Shown here piece by piece: positions 1 to 13,673 of a stretch of 64,000 nucleotides of DNA; position 1 is the stretch's first letter; each line of letters opens with the position of its first letter. The translations under genes and the position numbers were made by a program. The notes beneath the pieces were generated by a model, which worked only from the letters and a program-made list of their open reading frames with translations, searched no databases and was not told where the DNA came from. Origin of the DNA: Octopus sinensis. Lineage: Eukaryota. The stretch spans positions 52,204,001 through 52,268,000 of the forward strand of contig NC_043007.1 of the NCBI RefSeq assembly GCF_006345805.1, read 5' to 3'.

Positions 1-517
1 TTCATTCAAATCCTGATTTGTCACAAACTCTCTCATACAACTCTGCATGACATGTCCTTTCTCTCTATGCATTGTCTGTCAAAACATAATTATAATTAAA
101 TATAATAATGGACAAATAATAATGTGCTCATCGAAAACAGAGAGACACTTTCCTCTTTTAGACTTTGTCATTGTTTGTATATAGTTAAGTTTATTTATCA
201 GTGACAATTAAAGGTTAGATTCCGGCAATCTAGGAATAGACATAATCTTTTATTTAGTTTTGCAAATATTAGAGGCTGAAAAAGAAAACAGAACGTTACA
301 CTCCAACATCGCCTATATAAAACAAATTTAGATGTTGATGTCATTAGAAGCAATAGGGAAATATTTTGGGTAAAGCGTTTCATATACAGAAATAAACAAA
401 CTTTAGATCATTCAAATAAGTCCGAAATACGTTTGAGACATTTGAACCTGCAAACACTGCGTACACACACATATATATGCGTATATGTTTATTTGTAAGC
501 GTGTTTACATGTGTGTA

Positions 518-603
<86 letters not shown>

Positions 604-1489
604 TACACACACACATACAGAGAGAGAGAGAGCAATACACATGTTATACACACATACATATATATAGGATGTCCTAAAAGCATTGTTTATGCTTGTAATC
701 CACTCTGCCCCACCAAGCATTCCCAAATACTTAACCCTCCATTACTCTTATCTATGGCACTATTCTTTGATTTTAAACACATAAGAGCAGAATAGGCACA
801 TATCATTCTCCTTCTCCACTTTCTTTGCAATACCATGTACCCCCTCCTCTTGGATCCACTTCTATCCCTTATCCTCGTTATCCTCCCCATCTCATACTAT
901 TTTTGCCCGATCACCTCTTTCCGGTGCCTCCAGTTATCTCTTTCTTCTACCATACTCCATTTTATCACCTCACATATCTGCTGTCATTCTCAACACCCTC
1001 TCGTATCTGCCACCAGACCCCACTAAAACTACATTTATGTACAATTCCTTCCTCACTTACTCTTGCACATCACCCCTCTTCCTTCTGGTCTATCCTCCTT
1101 CTTGAGCTACTTCTCTCACCCTCTTTCTCTCTCATTTAACACACTTTCTATACTAGTATTTTCCATCAACTGCTCCTCCACTCTGTACATTCAGCTTTAC
1201 TCCCATTTCTAACCATCTGTTACACTCTTCTTGTATTCTTATGAAACTACACCCAACCCGCTCACTCACCCATCTACAGTCCATATGCTCACCTTGCGAA
1301 TTTGCTTAACTCCAGTCACTACAATCTTTATCTCCTTCCTAACAACTCCCACCCAAATGTTATGTAATGTGAAGCCATGTATCTTTTCTATGCTTGTCCC
1401 TTCTATTATACACCTCTCAACACCTAGCATAAAACCATCTCCTCCTTTTGGTTCACCTTTTCGCTGTTCTTTCCATCTTGCAAATTACT

Positions 1490-1690
1490 TAGCAACCCCA
1501 CTCGTGCCAGAGGCATAAAAAAGAGCAGCCAGTCTGTACAGTAAAGTAGTTGGCATTAGGAAGGACATCTAGTCATAGAAACCATGCTAAAGCTGACACA
1601 AGGTTGGCACAGCCCTCTGGCTTGCCAAATCCTGTCTAAATATCTAGCCCACGCCTGCATGGAAAATTATGTTAAATGATGATATTGATA
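1490..1690 (+). mobile_element. SINE-like repeat 3' part with (ATG)n tail
   Basis: GTTGGCATTAGGAAGG...TAGAAAC...CATGGAAA...GTTAAATGATGAT shared with 20250-20440, 35600-35790, 50820-51010 and 55750-55990. Confidence 0.6.
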
Positions 1691-1734
1691 ACACTGATGA
1701 TATGTACATATTATGTAAGTATATCTTATCTTTA

Positions 1735-2105
1735 ATATTTTACTTGTTTCAGTCATTAGACTGTGGGCATGCTGGAGCACTCTTTTCAAGGGACTCTTGA
1801 AACAAATGGATTCCAGTACTTTATAAGCCTAATACTTATTGTATGGGCCCCTTTTGCTGAACTGCTAAGCGACAGGGATGTAAACAAATACTGGTTGTCA
1901 AGAAGTGTTGGGGACAATCACAACACACACATGTACATACATATATATACATAATGGATTTCTTTCAGTTTCTGTCAACCATATCCACTCACAAGGCTTT
2001 CATTGGCCTACAGCTTATAGTACAAGACACTTGCAGAAGGTAATGTGTGCTAGCACTGAAATTAAAATCACATGGTAAGGAAACAAGCTTCTTAAACACA
2101 GCCAT
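1735..2105 (-). mobile_element. tRNA-derived SINE (family A), degenerate
   Basis: Collinear with 50271-50662: same head, central CA microsatellite and TTTTACTTGTTTCAGTCA end. Confidence 0.7.
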
Positions 2106-2461
2106 GCCTACACACACACACACACACACACACATGTATGTATACCTGTATATACGTATGCATATGCACTCACACACACATACACACGCACATATATACA
2201 TATATATATATGTATGTATGTATGTATGTATACTTGTATATACATATGCACACACACATATATAAGATTCCTGAGGCAACTTGTTAGATTGGTATAAACC
2301 GCATACTCAAACAATATTAATTGAATATTGAATATCATGACTCCGTGCAGAGGTATTTGTACCTGATATTCCTGCCATGTGCAGACAATGCAACCCAGCT
2401 AAGTGAAGATATCTTGGACGTAGTAATTCAGACATGTACTTTTTATAAAGGTACTTTCTAT

Positions 2462-2634
2462 AGTATTTTCACACAACTATCTTCATCCATTCTCACTACA
2501 TGACCATACCAGCGCAAACGTCTCTCTTGCACACCACAACTGATGCTTCTTAGGTTCAACTTTTCTCTCAAGGTACTTACACTCTGTCGAGTATGAACAC
2601 TGACATTACACATCCATCGAAGCATACTGACTTC
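2462..2634 (-). mobile_element. RTE-clade LINE ORF C-terminal fragment
   Basis: Translates [13 protein letters not shown]...LREKL...[21 protein letters not shown], containing the RTE-type RLRWYGHV motif. Confidence 0.85.
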
Positions 2635-3154
2635 ATATAAATATGTATATATAAACATATAAATATGTATATATATATATATAAATATATGTATATATAT
2701 ACATATATATATATACATATATACATACATATATACATATATACATACATATATACATACATACATATATCCATACATATATACATACATACATATATCC
2801 ATACATATATACATACATACATACATATATATATATACATACATACATATATATATACATACATACATACATATATACATACATACATATATATATACAT
2901 ATACATGTATATATACATACATATATATATACATACATATATATATATATATACATATATACAAATATGTACATACATATATATATACATATACATGTAT
3001 ATATACATACATATATATATATACATATATACAAATATGTACATACATATATATACATATATATATACATACATACATATATATATACATATATACAAAT
3101 ACATATACGTACATATATATATACATATACACATATACGTATACATAAATATAT

Positions 3155-3185
<31 letters not shown>

Positions 3186-3186
3186 C
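2635..3186. repeat. (TA)n/(TACA)n compound microsatellite
   Basis: Directly visible low-complexity tract. Confidence 0.95.
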
Positions 3187-3189
3187 CGG

Positions 3190-3365
3190 AGTAAACACAT
3201 AAATGAGAAACAAGGTGGAAAAAGAGTACTCAAATACCAGTGGTAGAGTAATATACTTTATTTAAAGCAACAAAAAATTCAACGAAACCTGTTACTCTGA
3301 ACGGCAACGGGAAACTCAGAGTAACAGGTTTTGTTGAATTTTCTACTGCTTTAAATAAAGTATAT
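3190..3365. mobile_element. Fold-back Penelope-like pseudo-LTR remnant (about 50-bp arms, 15-nt loop)
   Basis: 3251-3300 pairs imperfectly with 3316-3365; the plus strand retains the 3' half of a hammerhead (GAAAC-UCAGA-GUA-ACAGG); same family as 50040-50220. Confidence 0.6.
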
Positions 3366-3419
3366 ACATATAACCCATGCTAGCATGGAAAGCGGACGTT
3401 AAATGATGATGATGATGAT

Positions 3420-3513
3420 GATGATACATATATACAAATACATATACATACACACATATATATATATATATATATATACAAATACATATACATACATACA
3501 TATATATATATAC

Positions 3514-3556
<43 letters not shown>

Positions 3557-3575
3557 CACATATACATATATACAT

Positions 3576-3608
<33 letters not shown>

Positions 3609-3659
3609 CATATATATACATACAAGTATATACACATATATATATACATATATATACAT

Positions 3660-3694
<35 letters not shown>

Positions 3695-3770
3695 CATATA
3701 TATACATATAAGTATATACACATATATATATACATATATATACATATACATATATAGATATATCTATCTC
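3420..3770. repeat. (TA)n/(TACA)n compound microsatellite
   Basis: Directly visible low-complexity tract. Confidence 0.95.
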
Positions 3771-4799
3771 TCTGACCTCACACGTCAGCATGTTCATGGA
3801 ACAAATAGTCAGAAGGAAACTAATCACCTTCCTTGAAGAAAATGACTTGCTGCCCGACACCCAACATGGTTTCCGACCAGGAAGAAGCTGCTTAACTCAG
3901 CTCCTACAACACTATGACTGGGTGCTGAAATGACTGCTCAACCACTCAAATGTGGAAGTGATATATCTCGACTTTGCAAAGGCCTTTGATAAAGTCGATC
4001 ATGGAATGATATGTCACAAACTGCGTGATCTTGGCATAGTTGGAAAATTGGGAGAATGGCTTCATGACTTTCTGAAGGATAGAAGTCAGGTGGTAGTAGC
4101 CACTTCCATTAACACGCAAATAGTGAGCGGTGTTCTGCAGGGCACTGTTTTGGGACCACTACTGTTCATAATGGCCCTCTCAGACATGCCCTCAGCCACG
4201 CATAGGGCCACGATCACAAGTTATGCAGATGATACAAAAGTTTCACAGGCAATACAGAACCCTGAAGACACTAAGCACCTGCAATGTGAGCTGGACAAAA
4301 TATACAAGTGGGCTGAAAAGAATAGCATGCAGTTCAATGCTGAAAAGTTTCAAGTTTTATGCTATCAGCATGCAAAACTAAATGCAATACCCAATGAATA
4401 CACTGGACCTGGAGGGATTGCAATCCCAGAGGCACAATCAGTGCGTGACCTGGGTATTTACATGAGTGATGACGCAACCTTTCATGTACATGTTGCTAAA
4501 TTGGCAATGAAATGTAGACGGCTGGCCAGATGGATTCTTAGAACCTTTAGAACAAGAGACCAAGAAACCATGATGGTCCTCTGGAGGACACTTGTTCTAA
4601 GCCACTTTGACTATTGCTCTCAGCTATGGTCACCATCCAGTGTCAAGTTGATCACAGAACTGGAGGCGATCCAACGAAGCTACATGAAGAAAATAGCCTC
4701 TGTGCAGCATATAAGCTACTGGGAAAGACTCAAGAGATTAAAACTCTATTCCTTGTCCCAAACTTTGGCATCGAGACTTACACAAATGCCAGAACTGGA
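3771..4799 (+). mobile_element. CR1/L2-type LINE reverse transcriptase fragment (defective)
   Basis: Translates LTSHVS...[15 protein letters not shown]...K*LL...IYLDFAKAFDKVDH...QGTVLGPLLF...SYADDTK...VRDLGI...YCSQLWSP; one in-frame TGA near 3931 and an apparent internal deletion near 4753. Confidence 0.93.
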
Positions 4800-7700
4800 T
4801 CTGATTCTTCAAGATGGGCAAGAAAGCTAAGGGAAAAAAGAGCGAAGAGGGAGGTGTTGAGGGTTGAAAAGATGAGGAAGTCAGGTAGGTCTAGTGATAT
4901 CTAGTTAAACTGCAAGTGTGACATAGTAGGGAGGAGAGGACCACTACCATCTGCAGTTATACTGACAGTATAGTATGACAGTTAATTCAATTATTTGGTC
5001 ATGGTTTTATGTCTGTCTTTCTGTGTTTGCAGTTTCCTGACCCTAATAAGTGATCTCTTAAAGAGATCACTTATTCAAAAGGACTTTGAAGGCATAAAGT
5101 GCCCAAACAATTTGCATTCATTTTCCAAGCTGACATAGGTAGGACAATATGATAAGTGTGTGTGTGTTTAATTATCTATATGTTTATGTGGATGTGTGTG
5201 TGTGCATATGCATGTTTGTATTTACGGGTGGGTTCAGAATGACTAAATGGTTAAAAAATTCACTCAGCAACTATGTGATCCTGGGTACGGTATTTGGGAA
5301 CATGTAATTTTCTAAAGCCTTGGATCAACCTATACCTTCTCAGTGAAAGTGGGATGAATGAAACAGCTTAGAATCCTGCTGGGTGAATTTTGCTTGTAAC
5401 TGAAGAGATTTGGCCTTGTCACACACACTGTCATGCTGATTCTGCTGGAGAATTATGTTATAGATTCAAACATCTGTGGAATATTTAGCTACTGATATGT
5501 TAATTTAGGAGCACAAAATTCAGTTGATTAAATAATTGAATTGTTATCATCAAAGGATAGAGATCCACTACTATAGAAGATTGGATAAGCAGAGAGAGAG
5601 AAAGAGAGATGGGGAGGGAGGGAGAGAGTGAGGAGGAAGCTTTATTTCTTTGACTTTAGTTTTTTTGTAACCTAGGGACAGTAGAGTCACATCTTGATAC
5701 ACTACCACAACAGTTGCTGCTATGGAAACCACAGTGATATTTTTTGTTTTATTTCTTCATTATTCACCCTCCACCCAGACTCCTGAGAAGAAAAATATGA
5801 CCAGACAGAAAGTGTATGAGTGCGGATGGCTGGGGTGGGGGTAGGGACAGGCATGTGTATATGTATGTACAGAGAGAATGAGTGTGTGTGTGTTTGTGTG
5901 TGAACAGGAAGGTACATAACATAAGTATATTTGAAAGAGTGAGCAACAGTATGTCTGTCAGGGTTAAAATGAGAAATACAAAAGTCATTTCTATGAAAAT
6001 GCATCCAAAGATGAGTGTGTGTGCGCGCACACACACACAGAGAATGTAAGCTAGTTCATCATTCTAAACTGTTGCAGCCCAACAAACAGAGGTTGTTTGT
6101 TTGAAATTATGACCTCTGTTGTAATGCCCATACCTTCATAACAACATCAAGGATAGAGAATAAGATAAAAATGAAAACAGTCAAAGGTGACTGAAAAACA
6201 GAGTTGATGAAGGAAAGATATTTAGATAGAGGAAATGACATAGTGACATTAAGAAAAAAAATCACATGACTGTAAATAATGAATGGTTTCACGTTTAGTC
6301 AGTGGAAAAACAAAAAAGGACTATAAAGCTGTCTCCTCTCTCTCTCTCTGTGTAGACTAGGAGATCCTGCTGTAAGAACAATAAGGTTCCTTCCCATCCT
6401 CTTTCTGTAGAATTGGAGATCCTTCTACAAGAGCTATAAAGTTGCATCCCCACCTCTCTCTTAAACTAGGAGATCCATCTCTGTGTTTTGAAAATACAGG
6501 ATTGAGGAAACCTGTGCTGGGTATCAGGAAACTCACCGAGGGAGCCTTTCTATGGTCAATCAACCATAGCAGTTAAATCTTTCTCAAATCACACCTTACC
6601 TACTGTCCTAGATTAAGGAAAATATATTGGACAATGTGATCACTAATGTGTAAAAAAGATGTGATGGTCATAACTGGAAAGTTTTTGATTATAACTCTGG
6701 TCTGTCAAGGACTCAACAACAATAGAATAAATGGGCCTGTAACACAAGAAGGAAGGAAAGTAGTTCGAGAGAGAGAGAGAGAGAAGAATACAGAGTGAAG
6801 GAGAATAGAGTAGAATCAATATATTAAAGGGTATACGGAAAAAGAATTTCAATGGATGCAGAGAGTATGAGTCAATGGATGGGTAGATATAGCAAAATAC
6901 AAAAACTGAGAAAAATGGACAAAGTAAACTGACTTAATTTTATAAAACTATTGTATGATTGACAAATTTAATTAATCAATGAATTGATTGATAGATAAAT
7001 AGTTTGATGAGGAAGAGAGATCAACCAGATCAATGATCAATGAATTAATAGAAAAGGGAATTTACATTTCCAAGATGAGTCAGCTAGATTATATATATAT
7101 ATATATTATGAGAATGGTGTTGGAGGAATGAGTCAATGTATTGTTGCTAGAGAGATGGGAGATTCAACACATAGAAACCACGACTAGATGGATTTATAAG
7201 TGAATGGATCTGGAATGGTATCCTGTTGGATGGAACAGTGGATGGATGAATGGATAGTTAAAGATATGAGAAAGAGGAAGATGGAGCAAAAGGGATAAAT
7301 GCTGAGTCACTAAAAATTAAGAAAAGGAAGGAGTTAAAACTATTACACAAGCTTCTTGTTGCCTGGAAGATGATGATGTTAAGACCTAAAATGGATATTT
7401 ATATCTAGAATCATCTACCAGTCCATAGAACAACAATACATCCAAATGCAATACACCTGTAGAGTTTATGTATGTATGTATATTGGGATCTATGTATATA
7501 TTAGGTATTTATGTATGTGTACAAACACACACACACATGCACAATACACGACAAGGCAATAAAATGGTAGAGTCAATATATGTATGTGTGTGTGTCTTGT
7601 GATATATATTCCACTCTGTGCTCTGAGTCCAAATGCCATAGAAGCCAACTTTACTTTTCATCCTTTCAGGGTTGATAAATACAGTCCAGTATTGGAGTGT

Positions 7701-9774
7701 GTGGGGGAGGGGGCAGTTCTCTCCCTCTCTCCAGGAATCAACTGTGTCCAGACCTGGATTGCCAGTGTCAGGTTTTAAAAGAGCAAGGGTAAACTATGTG
7801 ACAATGACTATAATTCCATCAGGAGTTGAGAACTGAAGGAAGGATACCACAAAGTTAGAACTAACTCTAACCCAACAATACAGACGTTATTTTTTCCACT
7901 TTTTAGTGGATTTCATCCTTATTGTATTTGTGGTAGCACTTTCGATAATTGATAATCTCCTATACTTACTGACTACAGAAGGAAGAAAGTTAAACTGGAT
8001 CTTGATGACGTTTAACTAAAACAAACGAAAGAATGTAGTTGAATAGCACAAAATGTATTATCTGATGCTCTACTGATTCTGCTAAACAAGCAATATATGA
8101 AGTAAAAAAGTAAATATGAATAACTGAAGCTCTTTCATAGTTGAGGTTTATTAAGCTAAGCAGAACACAGCGATTCCAATGTTAAAATATCTGTAGTTAT
8201 TCTGCATATTTTTGCCCATGCTATGTAGAATAGGTGGTAGTAGTGGTGGTGGTGGTGGTGATGGTGATTTTGGTAGTAATGGTGGTGGTGACTTCAACAG
8301 CAGGTCATGTTGTACAAGTCATTTCATTGGTATTCTAGATTACTAAGGCTACGGGAGTCCACCAGAATAAAATAGTAATGAAAGGGGTCTATACATAAAA
8401 ATGGTTGAGAACTCCTCTATGTAGTTGTTTAGTTTGCTAGAAATAATAGAAAATCTTTATGCTCCCCCACCACCACCAAATGACAGTCTGCCATCTTAGA
8501 AAAGGACACATTAGCTAATGTGGTCCTGGATTCCCAGCACAAAAGATGTGGTCAGGGTTGGAATAACTTTGCTCATAGGTCTGCTTGACATTGAGCAAAC
8601 AATGTCACTTTGTTGAGGTACATGGATGAACAGGAGTAAGAGTGAAAGGGATACGTATAAATAGACATGTGTACACACACACACTTTCATTTCTATTATG
8701 AAGTCACTCCAGTCTCTTGTGCAGATATTTACCCAAATTGATATAGCAACATTCAATTGATACAATGTGAAAATATATATATCAGAACTCGTGTGTGTTT
8801 TGAAGGAGACATAAGAAAGAGAGAAACAGAGGCCTATAAATGGAAGTGTTAAAATTATATCAAACTTGATATATTACTACTATCGTCATTTTAATGTTCA
8901 CTTTCCCATACTTGCATCAGTCAAACAGAATTCACTGAGGCAAATTTTCTATGATTAGATGCCGTTCCTGTTTCCAAGCACAATAATATTTCCCTTTCGC
9001 CAGACATGTTTTCATAGAAGTCTAAAAACAAAATAACTAGGCTCGTATGATAGCGATGCTTATATACAACCATTATGAGATGTCAAGACGAGGAGACACT
9101 AACACTCATACATATATACCCACATGCACACTAAGCGTATTTCAAATTCATTTACACGGTTTTGGTCAACCTGGGATTATAGTAGAAGACACTTGCCCAA
9201 GGTATCACAACATAGGAGTGAACCCTAAACTATCTGTGCATTAAGCAAGCTTCTTAGCCACATCTGCACCTATATTACTATTTGCAATATATCTAGGTGT
9301 TTCTAATACATACATCTAAAGCAAAACTTTTTCAGGAGCACTCAAAATACTATTGTGGATCCCCAATTTATTATTTTCTCGTCTAAAATTTTATACAGAC
9401 CTTCATATGGTTGAGAATCACTGAAGTGGTGCTGGAAATTGCCTGTAGCGAATTGTAAAGATCAAAGTTTATTGAACGACACAGTGTTAACAGATTAAAG
9501 GGAGGCAACTTCAGATGAATTCTATTAAACTAAAAACTAAACCAGTGGCTCTCGACCATTTATTATTATTATTATTTTTTTTTTTTTTTGCCTATGGATC
9601 CCTTTGATTCCTCTTTTACTTGGGTGAACCCTCAGAACCATTAGATGTTTAAAAAATCCTATTATATTTTCATAATTATTATTAAGAATTGTATTAAAAA
9701 TATGTTTAATACTTTGTGTATCGTACAAGTATAAGCAATTTATTGCACATAAATTTTAATAAAACTTTATGGAC

Positions 9775-10369
9775 CCCCAAGGTTTTGCCTTTCATTCTTT
9801 CGAGGTTGATAAAATAAGTACCAGTTGAACACTGGAGTCAACTGAATTTACTTAGCCCCTACCTGTCAAACCTGCTGGCCTTGTATCAAAATTTGAAATC
9901 ATTATTAGGTGGTGAATTGGCAGAATTGTTAACATACTGACAAAATGCTTAGTGGCATTTTGTTCAGCTTTATGTTCTGAGTTCAAATTCCACTTAGGTC
10001 AACTTTACTTTTCAGCCTTTCGAGGTCAGTAAAATAAGTACTAGTTAACCACAAGGGTTGATGTAATTGACTAGCCCCTCCCCAAAATTTCAGGCCATGT
10101 ACCTTATAGTAGAAAGAATTATTATTATTATTATTATTATAATACAGTAATCCTTTGTCGTATCACGGTTCACCTATCACAGTTTATTATTTAAGCTTAC
10201 ATTGATTACTCTGTGGTGTTGTTTTGCATTTATAATAAAATAAATATATACAAATTACAAATATATATATATCTCCTTCTTCCCTTAGCGTCCAATAATA
10301 CTTTATTTGTTCCACGTCCTTGCGTTGTTGTTTTTTTGTTTTTGTTTTCTTGTTTGGATTAACTTTATA

Positions 10370-10431
<62 letters not shown>

Positions 10432-10975
10432 TCAGTACTGTCTCTACTTTGTGGATTTTAACCTATCGCGGGGGGATGGGGTTGGAACATAACACCTGTG
10501 ATTGTTGAGGGATTACTATATTATTATTATTATTATTATTAAGGCAGTGAGCTGGTAGAATTGTTAGCATGCTGGGCAAGATGCTTAGCGGCTTTTCATC
10601 TGCCCTTATGATCTGAATTCAAATTCAGCTGAGGTCAACTTTGCCTTTCATCCTTTTGGGAGTCAATAAATTAAGTACCAGTTGAGCACTGGGGTTGATG
10701 CAATTGACTTGTCCCTCTCCTCAAATTTCAAGCCTTGTACCTATAGTAGAAAGGATTATTATTATTATTGTTAAGGCAGCAAGCTGACAGAACCATTAGG
10801 GTAACAAGTAAAATGCTTTACATTCTGACTTCAAATTCTACTGTGGTTGACTTTGCCCTTCATCCTTTTGGGGTCAATAAAATAAGTATCAGTTGAGTAC
10901 TGGGGTCAATTTAATCAACTTACTCCCTCCCACCAAACTTGCAAGCATTGTGCCAAACTTTGAAACTATTATTAT
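9775..10975 (+). mobile_element. Cluster of four head-to-tail tRNA-derived SINEs (family B) with (ATT)n tails
   Basis: Repeated GGCAGAATTGTTAGC (A-box-like)...GAGTTCAAATTC (B-box-like)...ACTTTGCCTTTCATCCTTT...AAGTACCAGTTGAG at about 9775, 9905, 10540 and 10775. Confidence 0.85.
10145..10518. mobile_element. pogo/Tigger-like MITE
   Basis: Degenerate TIRs CAGTAATCC.../...GGGATTACTA with TA on both flanks; sits in the (ATT)n tail between SINE copies. Confidence 0.55.
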
Positions 10976-13517
10976 TATCATTGTCATCATCATATCTGAA
11001 GGACTTGTATTAAATCTGAGCAGATAGTTGTGATGGAATGGTTTGATATACAGGCAAAATGAATAAAGAGCACAAGAGAAAAATAAATACTTGATTTATT
11101 GGAAATAACCAAAGATGAGTCAGTGACTAGCAAACAAAACGGACAGATAACACTACCATATTTATTGGTTGGCAACCTCACCTATATGTAAAGGCAGCAG
11201 TTTTGTGTTATGTAGCTGTGGCTCTTTCTCTCACAACGCTAAGAGATGAAGAGTGGAGATGTAGAACTGCCAGATGTGAATGGAGTTAAAGCAACAAGTG
11301 TAGTAGAAGTAGTGGTGGTCATTGTCATAGTGGTAGTAATACTAATAGTGGTGGTGGTGGTGGTAGTAATACAGGTGTTATTGGTAGTGTGTCCTTCACT
11401 GATTATAGCAATGGAACCTCAACACAGCACAGTTGCTCCTTGTATTGAAGCAGATGTAACAACAACAATGGTGGTGATGATAAGGAGAAGGAGGTGAAGG
11501 ATGAGTGGGAAACATAATGTGGTGACTGTGTCCAGGACTTATCTTAAGATATTACAGAAATCAAATATATAAGTCTCTCTTCAAACACACACACACTCTA
11601 CAATATATTCAGTTTTTTTGTTGTTTTTTTTCGTGTGTAAATGGTTTCCTTTATTCTTAGATTAAGATAATCATATCATCTATACAATTTATGCACATAC
11701 ACACACACACAAGTATTTGAGGAAATGCATAGATATATTGTTAACTACATTACATAAAGAAGTTCTCAGACACAACAACATTTGTAGTTGCAGTAGTGGT
11801 AGCAGCAGTAGTATTAATAAATCAATGACTAAGTGTTGTATATGAAAAGATTATTTATCACAACTACTTTATAAAATAGACTGTGTGCCATACCTCAAAG
11901 CAGTGAGATTATGTACACACATTTGATTGTTTTGCTTTCATAAGTATTTTGGAGAGGTCACTCCAATGGAGGTCTACAATGTCTCTGATTATACCATAAA
12001 CATACTAAAGAATACGCAAATGAAATCATTAGAAGCTACAGCTGAAAGACTGTCAACAGAGATCACATTTGCCTGACTGCAAGTCATACAAAATCATTAG
12101 AAAGACAGTCAACAAATTGATGTAACATAGAATATTAATATAACAAAACAAAAAGTAGTAGATGGACATAATGTTACACACATCAAGAATACAGACATGT
12201 GTCTGCTAGTGGTGATGGTAGTGGTGCAGAATAAATTCATATAAAATTGTTGAAAACATGATGGTGGTGGTGGTGATGATGATGTTGATAAATTCTAACA
12301 TTGACAAAACCACAAATTTCAGAGCAGGGAGTAGAGGGAGGGAGTGTTTACCAACCTCAGTATTTTATGGTTATGCTAGCATGGAAGGCAGACATAAAAC
12401 GATGATGATAATGAGTAAGATGACAGGCTAAATTGATCTCAGTAGGATTTAAATTCAAAATGTAAACAGATGTTTACAATGGGGGTGCCCAGGCATGGCT
12501 GCAGCTCTTGAGCTGAAACTAGCAAAAAAGTTAGATGTATTAAAATACCACCAGACCACATGAGTCATCTTGAAATGTAACACCTGGTTTTAATGACTTC
12601 CACATTAAAGACAACCAATGGCCTGAAGACAATGGTACATCTGGTGAGATTCCTCAGTTTCTCTTTACCGAATTCCAGTCAAGGCTTGGACTGACCCAGA
12701 TTTATTTTGCAAGTCATTTACCCAAGGTGCCATACACTAAAATTGCACCCAGAGACATTTGGTTGTTAAATAAACTTCTTAACCACTCAGTTATGAGTGC
12801 TTGCACTATAAATGTAAATAAAATCAAACAGAAAATGTAAAACATTTCATGTTTCCTTCATTTATTAATTACTTAATGTGGGATCTAATGATGGGGGCTC
12901 TAACAGATCATGCAAAACTGCTAGAAATAGCAACCAAATTATCTCTTACAGCAGGAAGGAAACATTAGACAATATAATTGTAAATATAGAAAAAGACAAA
13001 TTGATGTAGATTTTGTAAAGTGATTGACCAAATGCAAGAGTTTGCTAAAGGATAGGGATTTGCTAATTCCCAATTTGATATAAGACATGTGTTCCCTTTT
13101 ACCCAACTCCCAATCTTTTCCAATCCTCAAATAATAACGCCAAATAATAATTGGAACAGTTCTAGAGTGTTTAAAATAAGTAGGTAGACAACGCACACAA
13201 ACATGTATATACACATATATACATATGCACATAAATACACAAACATTTATACGCGCACACATGTTGATAAATAAAATTAGTTACGTTCATCCATTTAAAA
13301 AAATTGTTACCAATTCAACGTTAACTGTTAACATGTTTCTCATGGTTGGTTTGTTAAATTGATCTTCAATGACATCAGTGAGTTTTTTAGAGAGAGAGTA
13401 TTGTTTAGGGAGTAAAGAGTAAACACTCGAAGGAATTTGATATATATGCATGCGCGTACATACACACACAACATACATATAATATTATTTAGGAAGTAAG
13501 GAGTAATGGACACTTAC

Positions 13518-13673
13518 AGTCATAATATACAGCATCTTCAAAGAGATCCTCATCATAATCCTCGCCATCAATTTGCTCCTCTAAGTAATGCTCTAACTCC
13601 CCTCGTAAACCTCTGTACAATTCTCTGCGTAAATCATCGTTTATACACTTTTCTAACTCCTCCTCCTCCAGAA
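13518..13673 (-). CDS. Candidate internal coding exon (phase 1-1), acidic peptide of unknown family
   Basis: Long pyrimidine tract + TTAAG acceptor and GTAAGT donor; 156 nt open: (V)LEEEELEKCINDDLRRELYRGLRGELEHYLEEQIDGEDYDEDLFEDAVYYD. A possible upstream ATG GTC AAG GAG G|GTAAG ends at 14103. Confidence 0.5.

Noticed and set aside
790-1490. Pyrimidine-rich ORFs (104 and 95 aa)
   Set aside because: Compositional bias with no conserved motifs; probably an old unidentifiable repeat.
2458-3860. Long Y/I/H/M/C-rich ORFs (up to 251 aa)
   Set aside because: Translations of (TA)n/(TACA)n microsatellite; only the RTE portion at 2462-2634 is real coding-derived sequence.
11246-11540. Thr-rich or Val-rich frames and an in-frame C-TGA-G suggesting selenocysteine
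   Set aside because: Built from (GTG/GTA)n trinucleotide repeats; no SECIS or homology evidence.
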